Source: Patescibacteria group bacterium
GTDB taxonomy: Bacteria > Patescibacteriota > Patescibacteriia > SBBC01 > CAIJZX01
Reading direction: 5' to 3'
DNA length: 64,000 nucleotides
NCBI GenBank assembly: GCA_038065275.1
Contig: JBBTRH010000005.1
Span: forward strand, 26,466-90,465
In this document: piece by piece, positions 18,140-28,169 of the stretch
Position numbering within the stretch: position 1 is the first letter of the stretch
How the letters are laid out: the number at the start of each line of letters is the position of its first letter
Made by a program: the position numbers and the translations under genes
The notes under the pieces: generated by a model
What the model was told of the DNA's origin: nothing
Seen by the model: only the letters and a program-made list of their open reading frames with translations
The model's database searches: none

Positions 18140-18739
18140 GTGGCGACCTACCCGCCAGCGATTGCCCGTCTGCTTGATGCATTGACGACGCTCCCCGGCG
18201 TCGGCCCGAAAACCGCCGAGCGGTATGTGTTTTCGCTCTTGCGACAATCGCCGCAACGCTTGCATGAGCTTTCGCAAGCGGTTGAACACCTGCGCGATCG
18301 GATCGTACTCTGTTCGCGTTGTCATACTTTCGACGAGCAGAATCCCTGCCGTTACTGCGCCGACCAGAACCGCGATCAGTCGATTATTTGCGTCGTGACT
18401 GACTCCCCTGATGTCTTAGCGATCGAACACACCGGCGCCTACAAGGGCCAGTACCACGTTCTCGGCGGAACGGTCAGTGCTATGGAAGGCCGCGGGCCGG
18501 ACCAGCTCTTTATCCGCGATCTGGTCGTCCGCATTCCGAAAGAAAACGTAACTGAGGTCATCCTCGGGATGAATCCAGACATCGAGGGCGAGACGACGAC
18601 GCTGTATCTGAAAAAAGCGCTCGAGGGACTACCAGTAAAAATTACCCAGCTGGCTCGGGGCATACCGCAGGGCGGGGATGTAACCTACCTGGATGAAGCT
18701 ACTCTATCCGAAGCCATAAATCACCGACAAACGGCCTAA
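18140..18739 (+). CDS. recR: recombination protein RecR
   Basis: HhH LPGVGPKTAER, C4 zinc finger CSRCHTFDEQNPCRYC, Toprim domain; GTG start. Confidence 0.9.
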   Translation: MATYPPAIARLLDALTTLPGVGPKTAERYVFSLLRQSPQRLHELSQAVEHLRDRIVLCSRCHTFDEQNPCRYCADQNRDQSIICVVTDSPDVLAIEHTGAYKGQYHVLGGTVSAMEGRGPDQLFIRDLVVRIPKENVTEVILGMNPDIEGETTTLYLKKALEGLPVKITQLARGIPQGGDVTYLDEATLSEAINHRQTA

Positions 18740-18774
18740 GACGACGGGGCCGGTCGGCAATTGGCGTGGTTTTT

Positions 18775-18984
18775 TTACTCAAAGTCGTTTTCGTTCAACT
18801 GTGCTTGCCTGATGATAGATCGAAAAGTGCCGAACGGGACTTCTTTACGATTCATTGGAACAATGACGGTCAATGTCGTCGGACTGGCGCGCCGAAACTT
18901 GGCGTGACTTCCTTTTTGAGCTACAAAAAAACCGTGCTGTCGGAGCACATGGGTTATCTGCTTTGAGGAATACCGTTTAGGCAT
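18775..18984 (-). CDS. hicA: HicA-family mRNA interferase toxin
   Basis: 69 aa; QKGSHAKF and VPMNRKEVPFGTFRSIIRQAQL match HicA/YcfA. Confidence 0.75.
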   Translation of the reverse strand: MPKRYSSKQITHVLRQHGFFVAQKGSHAKFRRASPTTLTVIVPMNRKEVPFGTFRSIIRQAQLNENDFE

Positions 18985-19192
18985 AGGCGAGAGAGCGAAC
19001 GATTTCCGCTCTCTCTACCTGAGCCACCGGCGGACGCTTCGCGTCCTCGAAGTAGAGTTCTAAGGCTTCGTTAAGATTTCGTAAGGCCGACCGTCTTGTC
19101 CGTCCAAAGCTGGATACGTCAACGTTAAGACATTGAGCTACGTAGTGCTTGCCCTCTTTCCAGACGACGTTTTGGAGACGCAAAGGCTTCAT
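18977..19192 (-). CDS. hicB: HicB-family antitoxin
   Basis: 71 aa; overlaps hicA start by 8 nt; UPF0150-like N-terminal fold (YVAQCLNVD...ALRNLNEALELYFED). Confidence 0.6.
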   Translation of the reverse strand: MKPLRLQNVVWKEGKHYVAQCLNVDVSSFGRTRRSALRNLNEALELYFEDAKRPPVAQVERAEIVRSLAYA

Positions 19193-19359
19193 AGTTTCTG
19201 TACAATATCAAACCACTTGCCGCTTGTCAAATGACAATTTTTACCGGTTGCGACGTTACTTATATGGACATCGTCACGCTGTTCGAAGCAGAAAGCTATC
19301 GGCAGGCAGTGCAACCGCCGCACCTCAACCTGGTGGTCAGGAAACCGGCGCGGTGTTTG

Positions 19360-20034
19360 TTACTTCGTGAAGGTGAGGGTGGAGAGGATTGCTTTCGAGC
19401 GCGTTTGAGCAGAGGGGTGCCAAAGCAGGTATTTATTACCTCCGTACTCGACGATGTAGTATGTATGTTCTTCATTGAGGACGTAACCTCCGTCGCCGAT
19501 GTAATCCTTGAATGAACCGGTTACGGTGAGCGAGTACGCAACCTGCCCAGCTACTGTCGTTTCTGTCAGATCACCGACTTCCTTGTTCGGAATATTCGGA
19601 TTTTTATCGTTTTTATTGCCCTCCCAAACCTTCGTAGCGAAATCCTTGAGTGAGAGCTTCAGCGCGGCATCGTTCGGATTGCTGTACCGAGGATTAGCCG
19701 CTTCGACACTAAACAACGCGCTCTGCCTTACGTTGTTAACGAGAGAGCCGGGTACTCCGACGCTCGAGGCGACCGATGCCTGCTTCCCGTACTCGTTACC
19801 ATACACATCACTATCGACATCGTTCGGGTACTTGAAGGTGTAGCCGTAGGCAGTGTTGGTGAACGTCTTCCACCCGGCAGTGGGGCCGGAGACATGAAAC
19901 GTTGACAGCATCTGGGTGAACGTTTCGGTGTATCCATCAAGGGCGCTCGCTAACTCCCAAACATGACCGCTAATGTTGACATAAACCGTATCGTGGAGAA
20001 ATGTCCCTCGTCCGCTGAGCGTCGGATCGGTCAA
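19360..20034 (-). CDS. hypothetical protein (possibly C-terminal half of a frameshifted secreted protein)
   Basis: starts with TTG overlapping the stop of 20031..20600 in +1 frame; no RBS. Confidence 0.4.
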   Translation of the reverse strand: MTDPTLSGRGTFLHDTVYVNISGHVWELASALDGYTETFTQMLSTFHVSGPTAGWKTFTNTAYGYTFKYPNDVDSDVYGNEYGKQASVASSVGVPGSLVNNVRQSALFSVEAANPRYSNPNDAALKLSLKDFATKVWEGNKNDKNPNIPNKEVGDLTETTVAGQVAYSLTVTGSFKDYIGDGGYVLNEEHTYYIVEYGGNKYLLWHPSAQTRSKAILSTLTFTK

Positions 20035-20600
20035 AACTGTGCCGACAACTCGGTAACCCGTTGTCCATCAACGATGATAGTCGTCGTCTTTGCGTCAGAG
20101 AAATTTTTCGCCTGAGCCTGGGCATATGCGAGGGGCGTGGCTGAAGGTCTGGGGATGATGCTAATCGCCTGCAATCCGGCGTCACATTCAATTGTGGATG
20201 GAGCCAGATATATGGTTGGATCATTTTCTCCGCAAACCTTTGTCTTCGTCTGCCACGCCGGTGGGTACTTCAAGCTGAAGCTAAGCGTTCCGTCAACGTA
20301 CATCTTCCAATCCTTCGTCGCATCGTTGGTAGTGTTCGTGTTTGTAGCCACATTCGTATTTCCATTTGCCATCGGACAAGCGGCAAACCCACACTTCGGC
20401 GGAACACGTCCGACCGACGATCCGTCCGGGCAGACTTTTGCGTCCATGATGCACGCCACTTCATTCGTGTCGGCGGTATTGCTGTTCGTGACCGTCTTCT
20501 TCGGCGCGGTAATCGCTAAGTTCAAGACCAACAAAAACGCCGCCACGGACATGACCGCGACGACGACTGGGATCAGGATGTTGCCTTGGCGCATGTGCAA
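20031..20600 (-). CDS. signal-anchored secreted protein, N-terminal half
   Basis: N-terminal TM anchor, Cys and Asn/Thr-rich. Confidence 0.45.
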   Translation of the reverse strand: MHMRQGNILIPVVVAVMSVAAFLLVLNLAITAPKKTVTNSNTADTNEVACIMDAKVCPDGSSVGRVPPKCGFAACPMANGNTNVATNTNTTNDATKDWKMYVDGTLSFSLKYPPAWQTKTKVCGENDPTIYLAPSTIECDAGLQAISIIPRPSATPLAYAQAQAKNFSDAKTTTIIVDGQRVTELSAQF

Positions 20601-20652
20601 AAAGTTATCCGAAAGTGGCCGGACCGTTCGTAAAAAAATCTTCCGCCGTTAA

Positions 20653-20790
20653 ATTGCGAAGTTCAGAACGAGCAAGAACGCGGCGATCGCCAAGAACGCT
20701 ACCACGACCGGGATCAAGTAATTGTGCTCGGCCTTTTTCCCTTGTGGCGCGGGTGCGATTGGTTGAGCAACCACTGGTTTATTCATGTCC
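20653..20790 (-). CDS. small membrane-anchor ORF (45 aa), paralogous to N-terminus of 20031..20600
   Basis: MNKPVVAQPIAPAPQGKKAEHNYLIPVVVAFLAIAAFLLVLNFAI; below ORF-track size cutoff. Confidence 0.3.
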
Positions 20791-20970
20791 TCCATACGTT
20801 TTTGTGTAAGTTGTTCGTGTGAATAAGTATAGCAAAAAACAGACGTTAATGGTAGTAGCTATCGGCTGGTTCTCATCGGGCAAAACTGCTTTTTTTACGT
20901 ACCAGCGGGTTTAAACCCGCTGGTACGCCCACAAAATAATTAACGTCTATCACGTGCTGACCGAGCCGTC

Positions 20971-21279
20971 TTACGCCGAGATCTTGGTGATCTTGACGGT
21001 CGTCACCTGTTGACGGTGGCCGAATTTGCGGTGGTAACGGACTTTATTGTGGAACTTCACGCCGATCACCTTGTCCGTCCGTTCTTGGGTCAGTACCGTG
21101 CCTTCCACCTTGGCGCCATTGACCGTCGGATTGCCCAGTGTCGCCTCGGTGTCGCCAACGAGCAACACATCGTCGAACACTACCGGCTGGCCGGCTTCGA
21201 TCGCAAGTTTCTCAATGGTGATGGTTTGCTCCGGAGCGACCAGATATTGCTTGCCGCCGGTGCGGATGACTGCGTGCAT
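20971..21279 (-). CDS. rplU: ribosomal protein L21
   Basis: MHAVIRTGGKQYLV N-terminus. Confidence 0.9.
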   Translation of the reverse strand: MHAVIRTGGKQYLVAPEQTITIEKLAIEAGQPVVFDDVLLVGDTEATLGNPTVNGAKVEGTVLTQERTDKVIGVKFHNKVRYHRKFGHRQQVTTVKITKISA

Positions 21280-21316
21280 AGGGAATAGGAAATTGTGCCC
21301 GGGCAGTATAGCGGGG

Positions 21317-21817
21317 TTATTCTGTCATGTCAACTCTGGCCTCATCCCCAACGCGCAGGCCGTGCCGGCTGGCAAAGCCGGCCGCGACCTCCAGCACCCT
21401 ATCGACGGGAACGATCGGTTCGATAATCGGCATGTTGGTCGACGACGGGTCGATCGGCGGCGATACATCGCTGGTCAGGTCGACGATCCGGCCGCTATTC
21501 AGCCAGACGAAATCGAGCGGGATAATCATGCCCTTCATCCAGAACGAGGGGCGTTGGGGCGGGTCGAAGATCCACAACATGCCTTCGACGTCGGTCAGCT
21601 GCGTCCGGCCGGCCAAACCTAGTTCCTGCAAGGCGGTTGTCGTCGGCACCAGGGCGTGAACGCTCGCATCGGAAAAGACCACCGTGGCCCGGCCGTACCC
21701 GTTGGCATCAACGGCTAGCCGCCCGGAGGCGGCCATCTGTTTTTCCACCGGCCAGAATAAGGCCACCACGAACAGGTAGAACGACCCGGCCACGGCGATA
21801 AACCAGCCGGTTTTCAT
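21317..21817 (-). CDS. DUF192-family protein
   Basis: GMLWIFDPP...MKGMIIPLDFVWLNSGRIV conserved DUF192 blocks; N-terminal TM. Confidence 0.55.
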   Translation of the reverse strand: MKTGWFIAVAGSFYLFVVALFWPVEKQMAASGRLAVDANGYGRATVVFSDASVHALVPTTTALQELGLAGRTQLTDVEGMLWIFDPPQRPSFWMKGMIIPLDFVWLNSGRIVDLTSDVSPPIDPSSTNMPIIEPIVPVDRVLEVAAGFASRHGLRVGDEARVDMTE

Positions 21818-22920
21818 TGGCTGATGGAGTCAGGACGGCGCCGCGAACTGCGGTGCATGACCCACCACACCAGCAGGGCCATGACCACCAACAACCCGCC
21901 GAGCACCTCAAGTTTCTGCACGCCCCGGACGTAGAGCGTGCTCAAACCAAACAGCGCTACCAGCAGGTAGATGAGCAGTACGCTTTGCCGCGTGGACAGG
22001 CCGGCGTCGAGCAAGCGGAAGTGGAGGTGGAGGCGGTCGGCGCTAGCGAACGGCGACTTACCCGCCCGTAGCCGCTGGACAATCACCCACAGCAGGTCGA
22101 GGATCGGTAAGCCGAGGATGAGCAGGGCGGTCGCGATCTTGCCGCCGGATATAATCGACAGGACGCCGAGCAGGAAACCGATGTATAGCGACCCGCTTTC
22201 CCCCAGAAACACCTTGGCCGGATGCCAGTTCCAAATCAGGAACCCGGTTGACGCGCCGGTCAGGCTTAAGGCCAGTAATCCGACTCCGGTTTGGCTGACC
22301 TCCGGACGCAACGTCAAGAGAAAAATAATCAGCGATCCGATTACCCCCAGGCCGCTGACCAGTCCGTCGAGTCCATCGAGAATCTTGGTGGTATAGGTCG
22401 CCCCCATCAGCCACAGGAAAGTGAACAAGTCGGCCCACAGCGTCAGGTGGTAAGGCTCGCCGCGCCAGGTAAAGAGCGTCAATCGCACTCCGGTCAAGTC
22501 GAGGAAGCCGCCGAACGGATTGGTGATGAATTGCACGCCGATCCCGGTCGCGATGGCCACCCCCGCCGCCATGACCACCCACCCTATTTGTCGTTTGGCC
22601 GGCAGTCTGAACCGGTCATCAAGCGCCCCGCCGATCGCGATCAACGCTCCGGCGGCGGTCAAACCGACCAGGTACTTGACCGGCAGTTCGCCGCTGATGA
22701 GCGCGCCCATCTTCGACAGCACGAACCAGGTGATCCACGTGGCGGCGATGATCGCCAGCCCGCCGAGTAACGGCACCGGGCGACGGTGGAGCTTCCGATC
22801 CGGCGCTTGGGCCGGATCATCAACGACTGACCAGCGGCGGGCCACGGCCATGACCACCGGCGTTATTCCGCCGGCCGCCGCCAGGCTCACGCTAAGCGCG
22901 ATGATTTGCGCCGTGGTCAT
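21814..22920 (-). CDS. polyprenyl-phosphate HexNAc-1-phosphate transferase (MraY/WecA family, GT4)
   Basis: DDRF..K and KILDGLDGLVSG motifs, ~10 TM. Confidence 0.7.
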   Translation of the reverse strand: MTTAQIIALSVSLAAAGGITPVVMAVARRWSVVDDPAQAPDRKLHRRPVPLLGGLAIIAATWITWFVLSKMGALISGELPVKYLVGLTAAGALIAIGGALDDRFRLPAKRQIGWVVMAAGVAIATGIGVQFITNPFGGFLDLTGVRLTLFTWRGEPYHLTLWADLFTFLWLMGATYTTKILDGLDGLVSGLGVIGSLIIFLLTLRPEVSQTGVGLLALSLTGASTGFLIWNWHPAKVFLGESGSLYIGFLLGVLSIISGGKIATALLILGLPILDLLWVIVQRLRAGKSPFASADRLHLHFRLLDAGLSTRQSVLLIYLLVALFGLSTLYVRGVQKLEVLGGLLVVMALLVWWVMHRSSRRRPDSISQ

Positions 22921-23324
22921 ACCGGCTCGCTTAGATAGGATTCGAGCAATAATTGGGCGGCCAGACTGTCTTCCTGGCCGCGGGCAAGCGGGCGGTCGGC
23001 CTGGTGTTGTTCGCGGCGGACGGCCTGTGATGAATGTCGCTCATCGCGTTTGATGATCGGGATAACGACACGGCGTTCCAATTCATTGATAAAATGTTGC
23101 ACCCGCTCGGCCTGCGGTCCGGTCGTGCCGTCGTCGTTCAGCGGCCAGCCGACCACCACGCGTTCAATCCGTTCACGATCGATCAGCCCAACCAGCGACG
23201 CCCAGGCGGCGCTCCATTGATCAACCAGCAACGGCGGCCGGATAAAGGCCAGACCGGTGGATGTGTCGCCGACGGCCAAGCCGATTTTCCGTTCGCCGAC
23301 ATCAAGGCCCAGGATCTTGCCCAT
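22917..23324 (-). CDS. ruvX: Holliday junction resolvase-like RuvX/YqgF
   Basis: LGLDVGERKIGLAVGD N-terminus. Confidence 0.8.
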   Translation of the reverse strand: MGKILGLDVGERKIGLAVGDTSTGLAFIRPPLLVDQWSAAWASLVGLIDRERIERVVVGWPLNDDGTTGPQAERVQHFINELERRVVIPIIKRDERHSSQAVRREQHQADRPLARGQEDSLAAQLLLESYLSEPV

Positions 23325-23325
23325 C

Positions 23326-24075
23326 TTACGCCGTGGTTAAAATGTCGCATCCGCGACCGGTCACCATGACCGTATGTTCGAAATGCGCGGCCGGCTGGCG
23401 GTCGGATGTGATAATCGTCCAGCCGTCCGTCAAAGTCTCCACGGCCGATCCGCCCAGGGTGACCATCGGTTCGATGGCCAGTACCATCCCCGCTACCAGT
23501 TGCGGTCCGCGGTCCGCCTGGCCGACGTTGGGAATGATCGGCGGCTCATGGACGGCCCGACCCAGACCGTGACCGGTCAATTGAGTGACGATGCCGTACC
23601 CGCGCGGGCGCAGGTGGGATTCGATGGCGGCGCTGATGTCCCCGACCCGTCGTCCGGCTTTAACAGCTGTGATGCCGAGATGAAGCGCGGCGGCGGTATC
23701 ATGCAACAGACGTTGCCGCGGCGGGGTAACCTGGCCGACCGCCACCGTCACAGCGTGGTCAGTGAAGAACCCCCGGTAATCGACGCCGATATCGAGGCCG
23801 ATGATGTCGCCGACTCGGAGCCGTCGGTTGTCGGATGGGATCCCGTGCACCACTTCGTCGTTGATTGACGTGCATAAACCTGTCGGATATTCGGCGAACC
23901 CTTTGAACGACGGCCGGCCGCCGAGTTTAGAGATGGTTGATTCGGCCATGGTATTTAGTTCAGCCGTACTAACACCCGGTCGGACGGCTCGGACCACCGC
24001 CTGTAACGCTTGGGCAGCGATCCGGCCACTTTGCCGGAGCTTGGCTACTTCTGCTGGAGCCGTGATGATAGCCAT
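23326..24075 (-). CDS. map: methionine aminopeptidase type I
   Basis: 249 aa, pita-bread fold metal-ligand residues. Confidence 0.9.
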   Translation of the reverse strand: MAIITAPAEVAKLRQSGRIAAQALQAVVRAVRPGVSTAELNTMAESTISKLGGRPSFKGFAEYPTGLCTSINDEVVHGIPSDNRRLRVGDIIGLDIGVDYRGFFTDHAVTVAVGQVTPPRQRLLHDTAAALHLGITAVKAGRRVGDISAAIESHLRPRGYGIVTQLTGHGLGRAVHEPPIIPNVGQADRGPQLVAGMVLAIEPMVTLGGSAVETLTDGWTIITSDRQPAAHFEHTVMVTGRGCDILTTA

Positions 24076-24719
24076 GGGATGCGCTTCAGCTGGCTAAGGA
24101 GATGGCGGTAAACCGTGGGAATCGGCCAGCGCGCCTCAACAGAAATGATCATCACTCGCTTTCTGAACCAACGCAACACCGGTTCAGTTTCACGGTGATA
24201 AATCCGTAGTCGCTGACGAATGGCCGACGGCGTGTCATCGTCGCGCTGCCAGAGCCTCAGACCATCGCGATCGCAGTAGCCGCGTCGTTTCTTCGGCGGA
24301 TCATAGCGTAGGTGGTAGACATGACCTTGCGGACACACCCGCCGGCCCGCTAAGCGACGAACCGCCGCCTGATCAAGTAAGTGAAGAACAATCAGCACAT
24401 TCGGCCGGCCGAACCGAGCAAACGGCCTAGCCTGGGCCATATTGCGAGGGTACCCATCGCAGATCCAGCCCAGACGGCAATCCGGCTGTGATAACCGCCG
24501 CCGCATCACCTCGTTCGTCAAGCGGACCGGAATCAACCGCCCGCGATTCATCGTCGTCGTGATGCGTTGGCCGAGAGATGTGCCGCGTGCCATTTCATCC
24601 CGTAGCAATTGGCCGGTGGATATGTGCGGGATATGCCAGCGCCGCGCTAAACGATCAGCCTGGGTGCCCTTACCTCCGCCCTGGGGTCCGAGGATAACGA
24701 TGCGGGGAACCTTCTTCAT
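24045..24719 (-). CDS. adk: adenylate kinase (zinc-lid type)
   Basis: ILGPQGGGKGTQA P-loop, Cys pairs in lid. Confidence 0.9.
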   Translation of the reverse strand: MKKVPRIVILGPQGGGKGTQADRLARRWHIPHISTGQLLRDEMARGTSLGQRITTTMNRGRLIPVRLTNEVMRRRLSQPDCRLGWICDGYPRNMAQARPFARFGRPNVLIVLHLLDQAAVRRLAGRRVCPQGHVYHLRYDPPKKRRGYCDRDGLRLWQRDDDTPSAIRQRLRIYHRETEPVLRWFRKRVMIISVEARWPIPTVYRHLLSQLKRIPWLSSRLQQK

Positions 24720-24831
24720 GTAAACGAAGTATACACTAGTTAGCGACTCATTAGCCAGTTAGTGCGTGAGTTAACTAGCTCGTTAGCTAACGAGCTAATG
24801 AGCTAATGAGCTAAATACTAAACCGCTAATC

Positions 24832-26109
24832 TTAAAACCCTTCGTAGTCCCGGACGATGAGCTGGGATTCGATCTGCTTGACCGTTTCAATCACCACGCT
24901 GACCACGATTAACAGCGAGGTGCCGCCAACGATCAGGGTCGTCACGCCGGTGAAGCGCTGGACTAAGTTAGGCAGGATGGCGATGGTCCCCAAAAAGAAA
25001 GCGCCGGCCAGCATGATCCGGTTGGTCACGTAGCCGAGATAATCGGCGGTTTGTTTGCCGGGCCGGAGGCCGGGAATAAAGCCGCCCTGCTTTTGGAGAT
25101 TCTCGGCAATCTGATGCGGTTGGAAGACAACGGCGGTGTAGAAGTAGGTAAACGCGAACACCAACAGGAAGTAGAGCGAATCATAGACCAATCCGCCTTG
25201 TTGGAAAAGTCTGAGCGTGGTGCTGGCCAGGTGTTGTAACCAGGGAATCGGCGAACCGACGAAGAATTGCGCCGCCAGCGACGGCATCAGGACGATGGAC
25301 ACGGCGAAGATGATGGGGATGACGCCGGCCTGATTGACGCGCAGGGGCAAGAAGGTGTCTGAACCGCCGACCATTTGCGTGCCGCGGACGCGCCGAGCGT
25401 AGGCGACCGGAACTTTACGCACCGCCTCGGTCACGAAGACTACGGCCAAGATCGTGACCAGTCCGAGGCCGATAAAAACGAGGGTCTGGATCAGCTTACT
25501 GCTGTCGAAGACGGCCGCGGTTTGTTGCAACTCGGTCGGGACGCGAGCGACAATACCGGCGAAGATCATCAGGGAAATGCCGTTACCGATTTTCTTCTCC
25601 GAAATAAGTTCACCCAGCCACATCAGGAAGATTGTGCCGGCGGTGATGGTAATCAAGGCGGTCACGAACTGGTAGGTGGTCAGGTTCGGCAGAATAGCGG
25701 CGCTGGAACGACGGATGAGAGTAATGGTGCCGTACCCTTGCAAGGCCGCCAGCGGGACGGACAGGTAGCGCGTCCATTGATTGATCTTTTCTTGGCCGCG
25801 CTCTCCTTCTTTTTGCAACCGCTCCAGGGACGGAATGATCATCGTCAGCAACTGGAAAATGATCGACGAGGTGATGTACGGCCCCACTCCCAGCATGACC
25901 ACCGAAAAGGTGTCGAAGCCGCCGCCCGAGAAGACGTTCAGCAAGCCCAGGAATTGGTTGGATTGAAAAAAATTTCTCAGGGCTGTAATGTCGACGCCGG
26001 GGATGGGAATGTGCGCCGCCAGCCGAAACACCAACAACAACCCGAGGACAAAGAGAATTTTGTTCCGGACTTCAGTAATTTTCCACACCAGGGCGAGCTT
26101 CTGCCACAT
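24832..26109 (-). CDS. secY: preprotein translocase SecY
   Basis: 425 aa, 10 TM, position between rplO and adk. Confidence 0.9.
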   Translation of the reverse strand: MWQKLALVWKITEVRNKILFVLGLLLVFRLAAHIPIPGVDITALRNFFQSNQFLGLLNVFSGGGFDTFSVVMLGVGPYITSSIIFQLLTMIIPSLERLQKEGERGQEKINQWTRYLSVPLAALQGYGTITLIRRSSAAILPNLTTYQFVTALITITAGTIFLMWLGELISEKKIGNGISLMIFAGIVARVPTELQQTAAVFDSSKLIQTLVFIGLGLVTILAVVFVTEAVRKVPVAYARRVRGTQMVGGSDTFLPLRVNQAGVIPIIFAVSIVLMPSLAAQFFVGSPIPWLQHLASTTLRLFQQGGLVYDSLYFLLVFAFTYFYTAVVFQPHQIAENLQKQGGFIPGLRPGKQTADYLGYVTNRIMLAGAFFLGTIAILPNLVQRFTGVTTLIVGGTSLLIVVSVVIETVKQIESQLIVRDYEGF

Positions 26110-26123
26110 GGGCGTCGATGAAG

Positions 26124-26609
26124 TTAGGTGGCTGAACGACGAGGCTTCGGCAGGGTCCGCGACGGACGAGTTAGCGTGACCGCTTGGCCGCCGCTGTCGT
26201 TGATGGCCGCCAACGCGGAGGCCGAGAACTTCTCCGCCTGGACGGTCAATTTCTTTGACAGCCGGCCGCGGCCGAGCACTTTTACTCCCGGCCAGGCGGA
26301 CGGAATCAGTCCGGATTTAACCAGGTCGGCGGGGGTCACCAGGGCGCCATCGGTAAAGCGCGACTGAAGTTGATCCAGGGTCACGATCTGCAGTTTCGGT
26401 TTATGACTGCGGAAACCCCGCCACTTCGGGGTCGGCAGAATCAGCGATTTGAGACTGCGCCGGGTGAGCTTGTTGCGACCCCCGGTGCGAGCGCGTTGCC
26501 CCTTCGTGCCGCGACCGGCCGTGGTACCCTTGCCGGATGAGTTGCCGCGACCGACGCGCTTGGGCTGACCACGACGGCCAGCCGGCCGAAGCGATGACAG
26601 GGTAATCAT
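26124..26609 (-). CDS. rplO: ribosomal protein L15
   Basis: Gly/Arg-rich N-region GRGNSSGKGTTAGRG; start trimmed to MITLSSLRPAG. Confidence 0.85.
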   Translation of the reverse strand: MITLSSLRPAGRRGQPKRVGRGNSSGKGTTAGRGTKGQRARTGGRNKLTRRSLKSLILPTPKWRGFRSHKPKLQIVTLDQLQSRFTDGALVTPADLVKSGLIPSAWPGVKVLGRGRLSKKLTVQAEKFSASALAAINDSGGQAVTLTRPSRTLPKPRRSAT

Positions 26610-26718
26610 ACTCCGCACCACAATAGTGAACAAAAGGATTTCAAAAACAAAGGCTGATTCACCCGGCGAATATGGTTAATATGCGGATCGGTCATATTGT
26701 CTCGATGGTGGGGCGAGG
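26610..26718. repeat. X-family palindromic spacer X3 (rpsE stop to rplO start)
   Basis: left terminus CCGCACCACAATAGTG shared with X1; degenerate right arm. Confidence 0.45.
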
Positions 26719-27252
26719 TCATATTGTTTTCCCCCGCCGGGCGGCCGCTTGTTCGCGGGTGCGCAGTTTCTTCAAAGCCTCCATCAGCGCGTAGACGTTG
26801 TTAATTTTATTCGACGAACCGAGGATCTTGCTGACCACGTTCTTGACGCCGGCCAGTTCCATAATCGCTCGAATCGGTCCGCCGGCGATAACGCCGCTTC
26901 CCTTTGGGGCCGGCTTCAGCATTAAGTAAGCACCGCCGGATTTAGTAAAAATTTGGTGCGGGATGGTGTCGTTGACGATCGGCACGCGAATCATGGCTTT
27001 CTTGGCGGCCGTGACCGCTTTCTGAATCGAATTGGAAACGTCCGAACCCTTGGCGATGCCGACGCCGACCCGGCCCTTTTGATCGCCGATGGCGACCGTG
27101 GCCCGGAAACGCATTCGCTTGCCGCCGGCCACTACCCGGGTGACGCGCGACAAATCAATGGTCTTTTGCTCAAATTCACGCGGCTCGCGCGGGCCGCTAC
27201 GGCGTCCTCGCCGTTGACCCCCGCTCCGCCTCTGTCCTGAAGGAAGTGCCAT
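26719..27252 (-). CDS. rpsE: ribosomal protein S5
   Basis: S5 dsRBD and C-terminal domain; start trimmed to avoid overlap with rplR. Confidence 0.85.
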   Translation of the reverse strand: MALPSGQRRSGGQRRGRRSGPREPREFEQKTIDLSRVTRVVAGGKRMRFRATVAIGDQKGRVGVGIAKGSDVSNSIQKAVTAAKKAMIRVPIVNDTIPHQIFTKSGGAYLMLKPAPKGSGVIAGGPIRAIMELAGVKNVVSKILGSSNKINNVYALMEALKKLRTREQAAARRGKTI

Positions 27253-27262
27253 AGAAGAACTG

Positions 27263-27610
27263 TTAAAAAATGAGTCCGCCGGCGCGAGCCGCTTCGGCCA
27301 GGGCTTTGACCCGGCCATGGTACTGGTAACCGCCGCGGTCGAAGACCACGGTAGTAATCTTCTGGGTGCGCGCTTTGGCGGCCAGCTCAGTCCCGACAGC
27401 GGCGGCCCGTTCGGTCTTGGTGGCCTTGGCGTTCAGTGGCCGATCCGTCGCCGACACCAAGGTGTGGCCGGCCACATCATCGATCAGCTGGGCCTCAATG
27501 TGCGCGTGGCTACGGAAAACCGCCAGTCGCGGTCGATCAGCCGTGCCGCTGATGCGGGCGCGGACGCGGCGATGCCGGCGGATTCGAGCGGGGGGCGTGC
27601 GGACAGACAT
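27263..27610 (-). CDS. rplR: ribosomal protein L18
   Basis: family match. Confidence 0.85.
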   Translation of the reverse strand: MSVRTPPARIRRHRRVRARISGTADRPRLAVFRSHAHIEAQLIDDVAGHTLVSATDRPLNAKATKTERAAAVGTELAAKARTQKITTVVFDRGGYQYHGRVKALAEAARAGGLIF

Positions 27611-27614
27611 ATGG

Positions 27615-28166
27615 CTATTTGGCGCCGGCGGCTTTCACCACCTTGCCGGCTTTGCGGCGGATAACTTCATCAAGATACTTGATCCCCTTGCCTTTATAGG
27701 GTTCGGGTTTTTTTAACCGGCGGATGGTAGCGGCCGTCTCGCCGACCAGTTGTTTATCGATGCCGCCGATGGTGGCCACGTTCTTTTCAACCGTGATAGT
27801 GATGCCGGCGGGAATGGGAAAGTTGACGGGATGGGAAAAACCGAGGTTTAGGATCAGGTTTTGACCGCTCACTTGGGCCTTGAAACCGACGCCGTTAATT
27901 TCCAACTGTTTCTGGTAGCCGGCGGTCACTCCGGTGATCATGTTGGCGACCAGCATCCGCGTCAAGCCCCACAGCGCGCGGTCGGACTGCGCCTCGGCGT
28001 CCACCACGCTAACCGTCAGCTGTCGCTCGGTCAGGTGCAATGACACCCGCCGGTGGACGGTCATGGTCAGCGTGCCTTTCGGACCGGTAACGTTGACCGT
28101 CTGGCCGTCGACGTTGACTGTCACACCGTCCGGAACGAGAATTGGGAGTTTACCGATGCGCGACAT
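27615..28166 (-). CDS. rplF: ribosomal protein L6
   Basis: [10 protein letters not shown]-terminus. Confidence 0.9.
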   Translation of the reverse strand: MSRIGKLPILVPDGVTVNVDGQTVNVTGPKGTLTMTVHRRVSLHLTERQLTVSVVDAEAQSDRALWGLTRMLVANMITGVTAGYQKQLEINGVGFKAQVSGQNLILNLGFSHPVNFPIPAGITITVEKNVATIGGIDKQLVGETAATIRRLKKPEPYKGKGIKYLDEVIRRKAGKVVKAAGAK

Positions 28167-28169
28167 AGA

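Noticed and set aside
20897-20924. Perfect palindrome GTACCAGCGGGTTTAAACCCGCTGGTAC downstream of rplU as terminator
   Set aside because: The T-run precedes rather than follows the hairpin on the plus strand, and on the minus strand an A-run follows it. It may be a terminator without U-tract, but this is unsupported.
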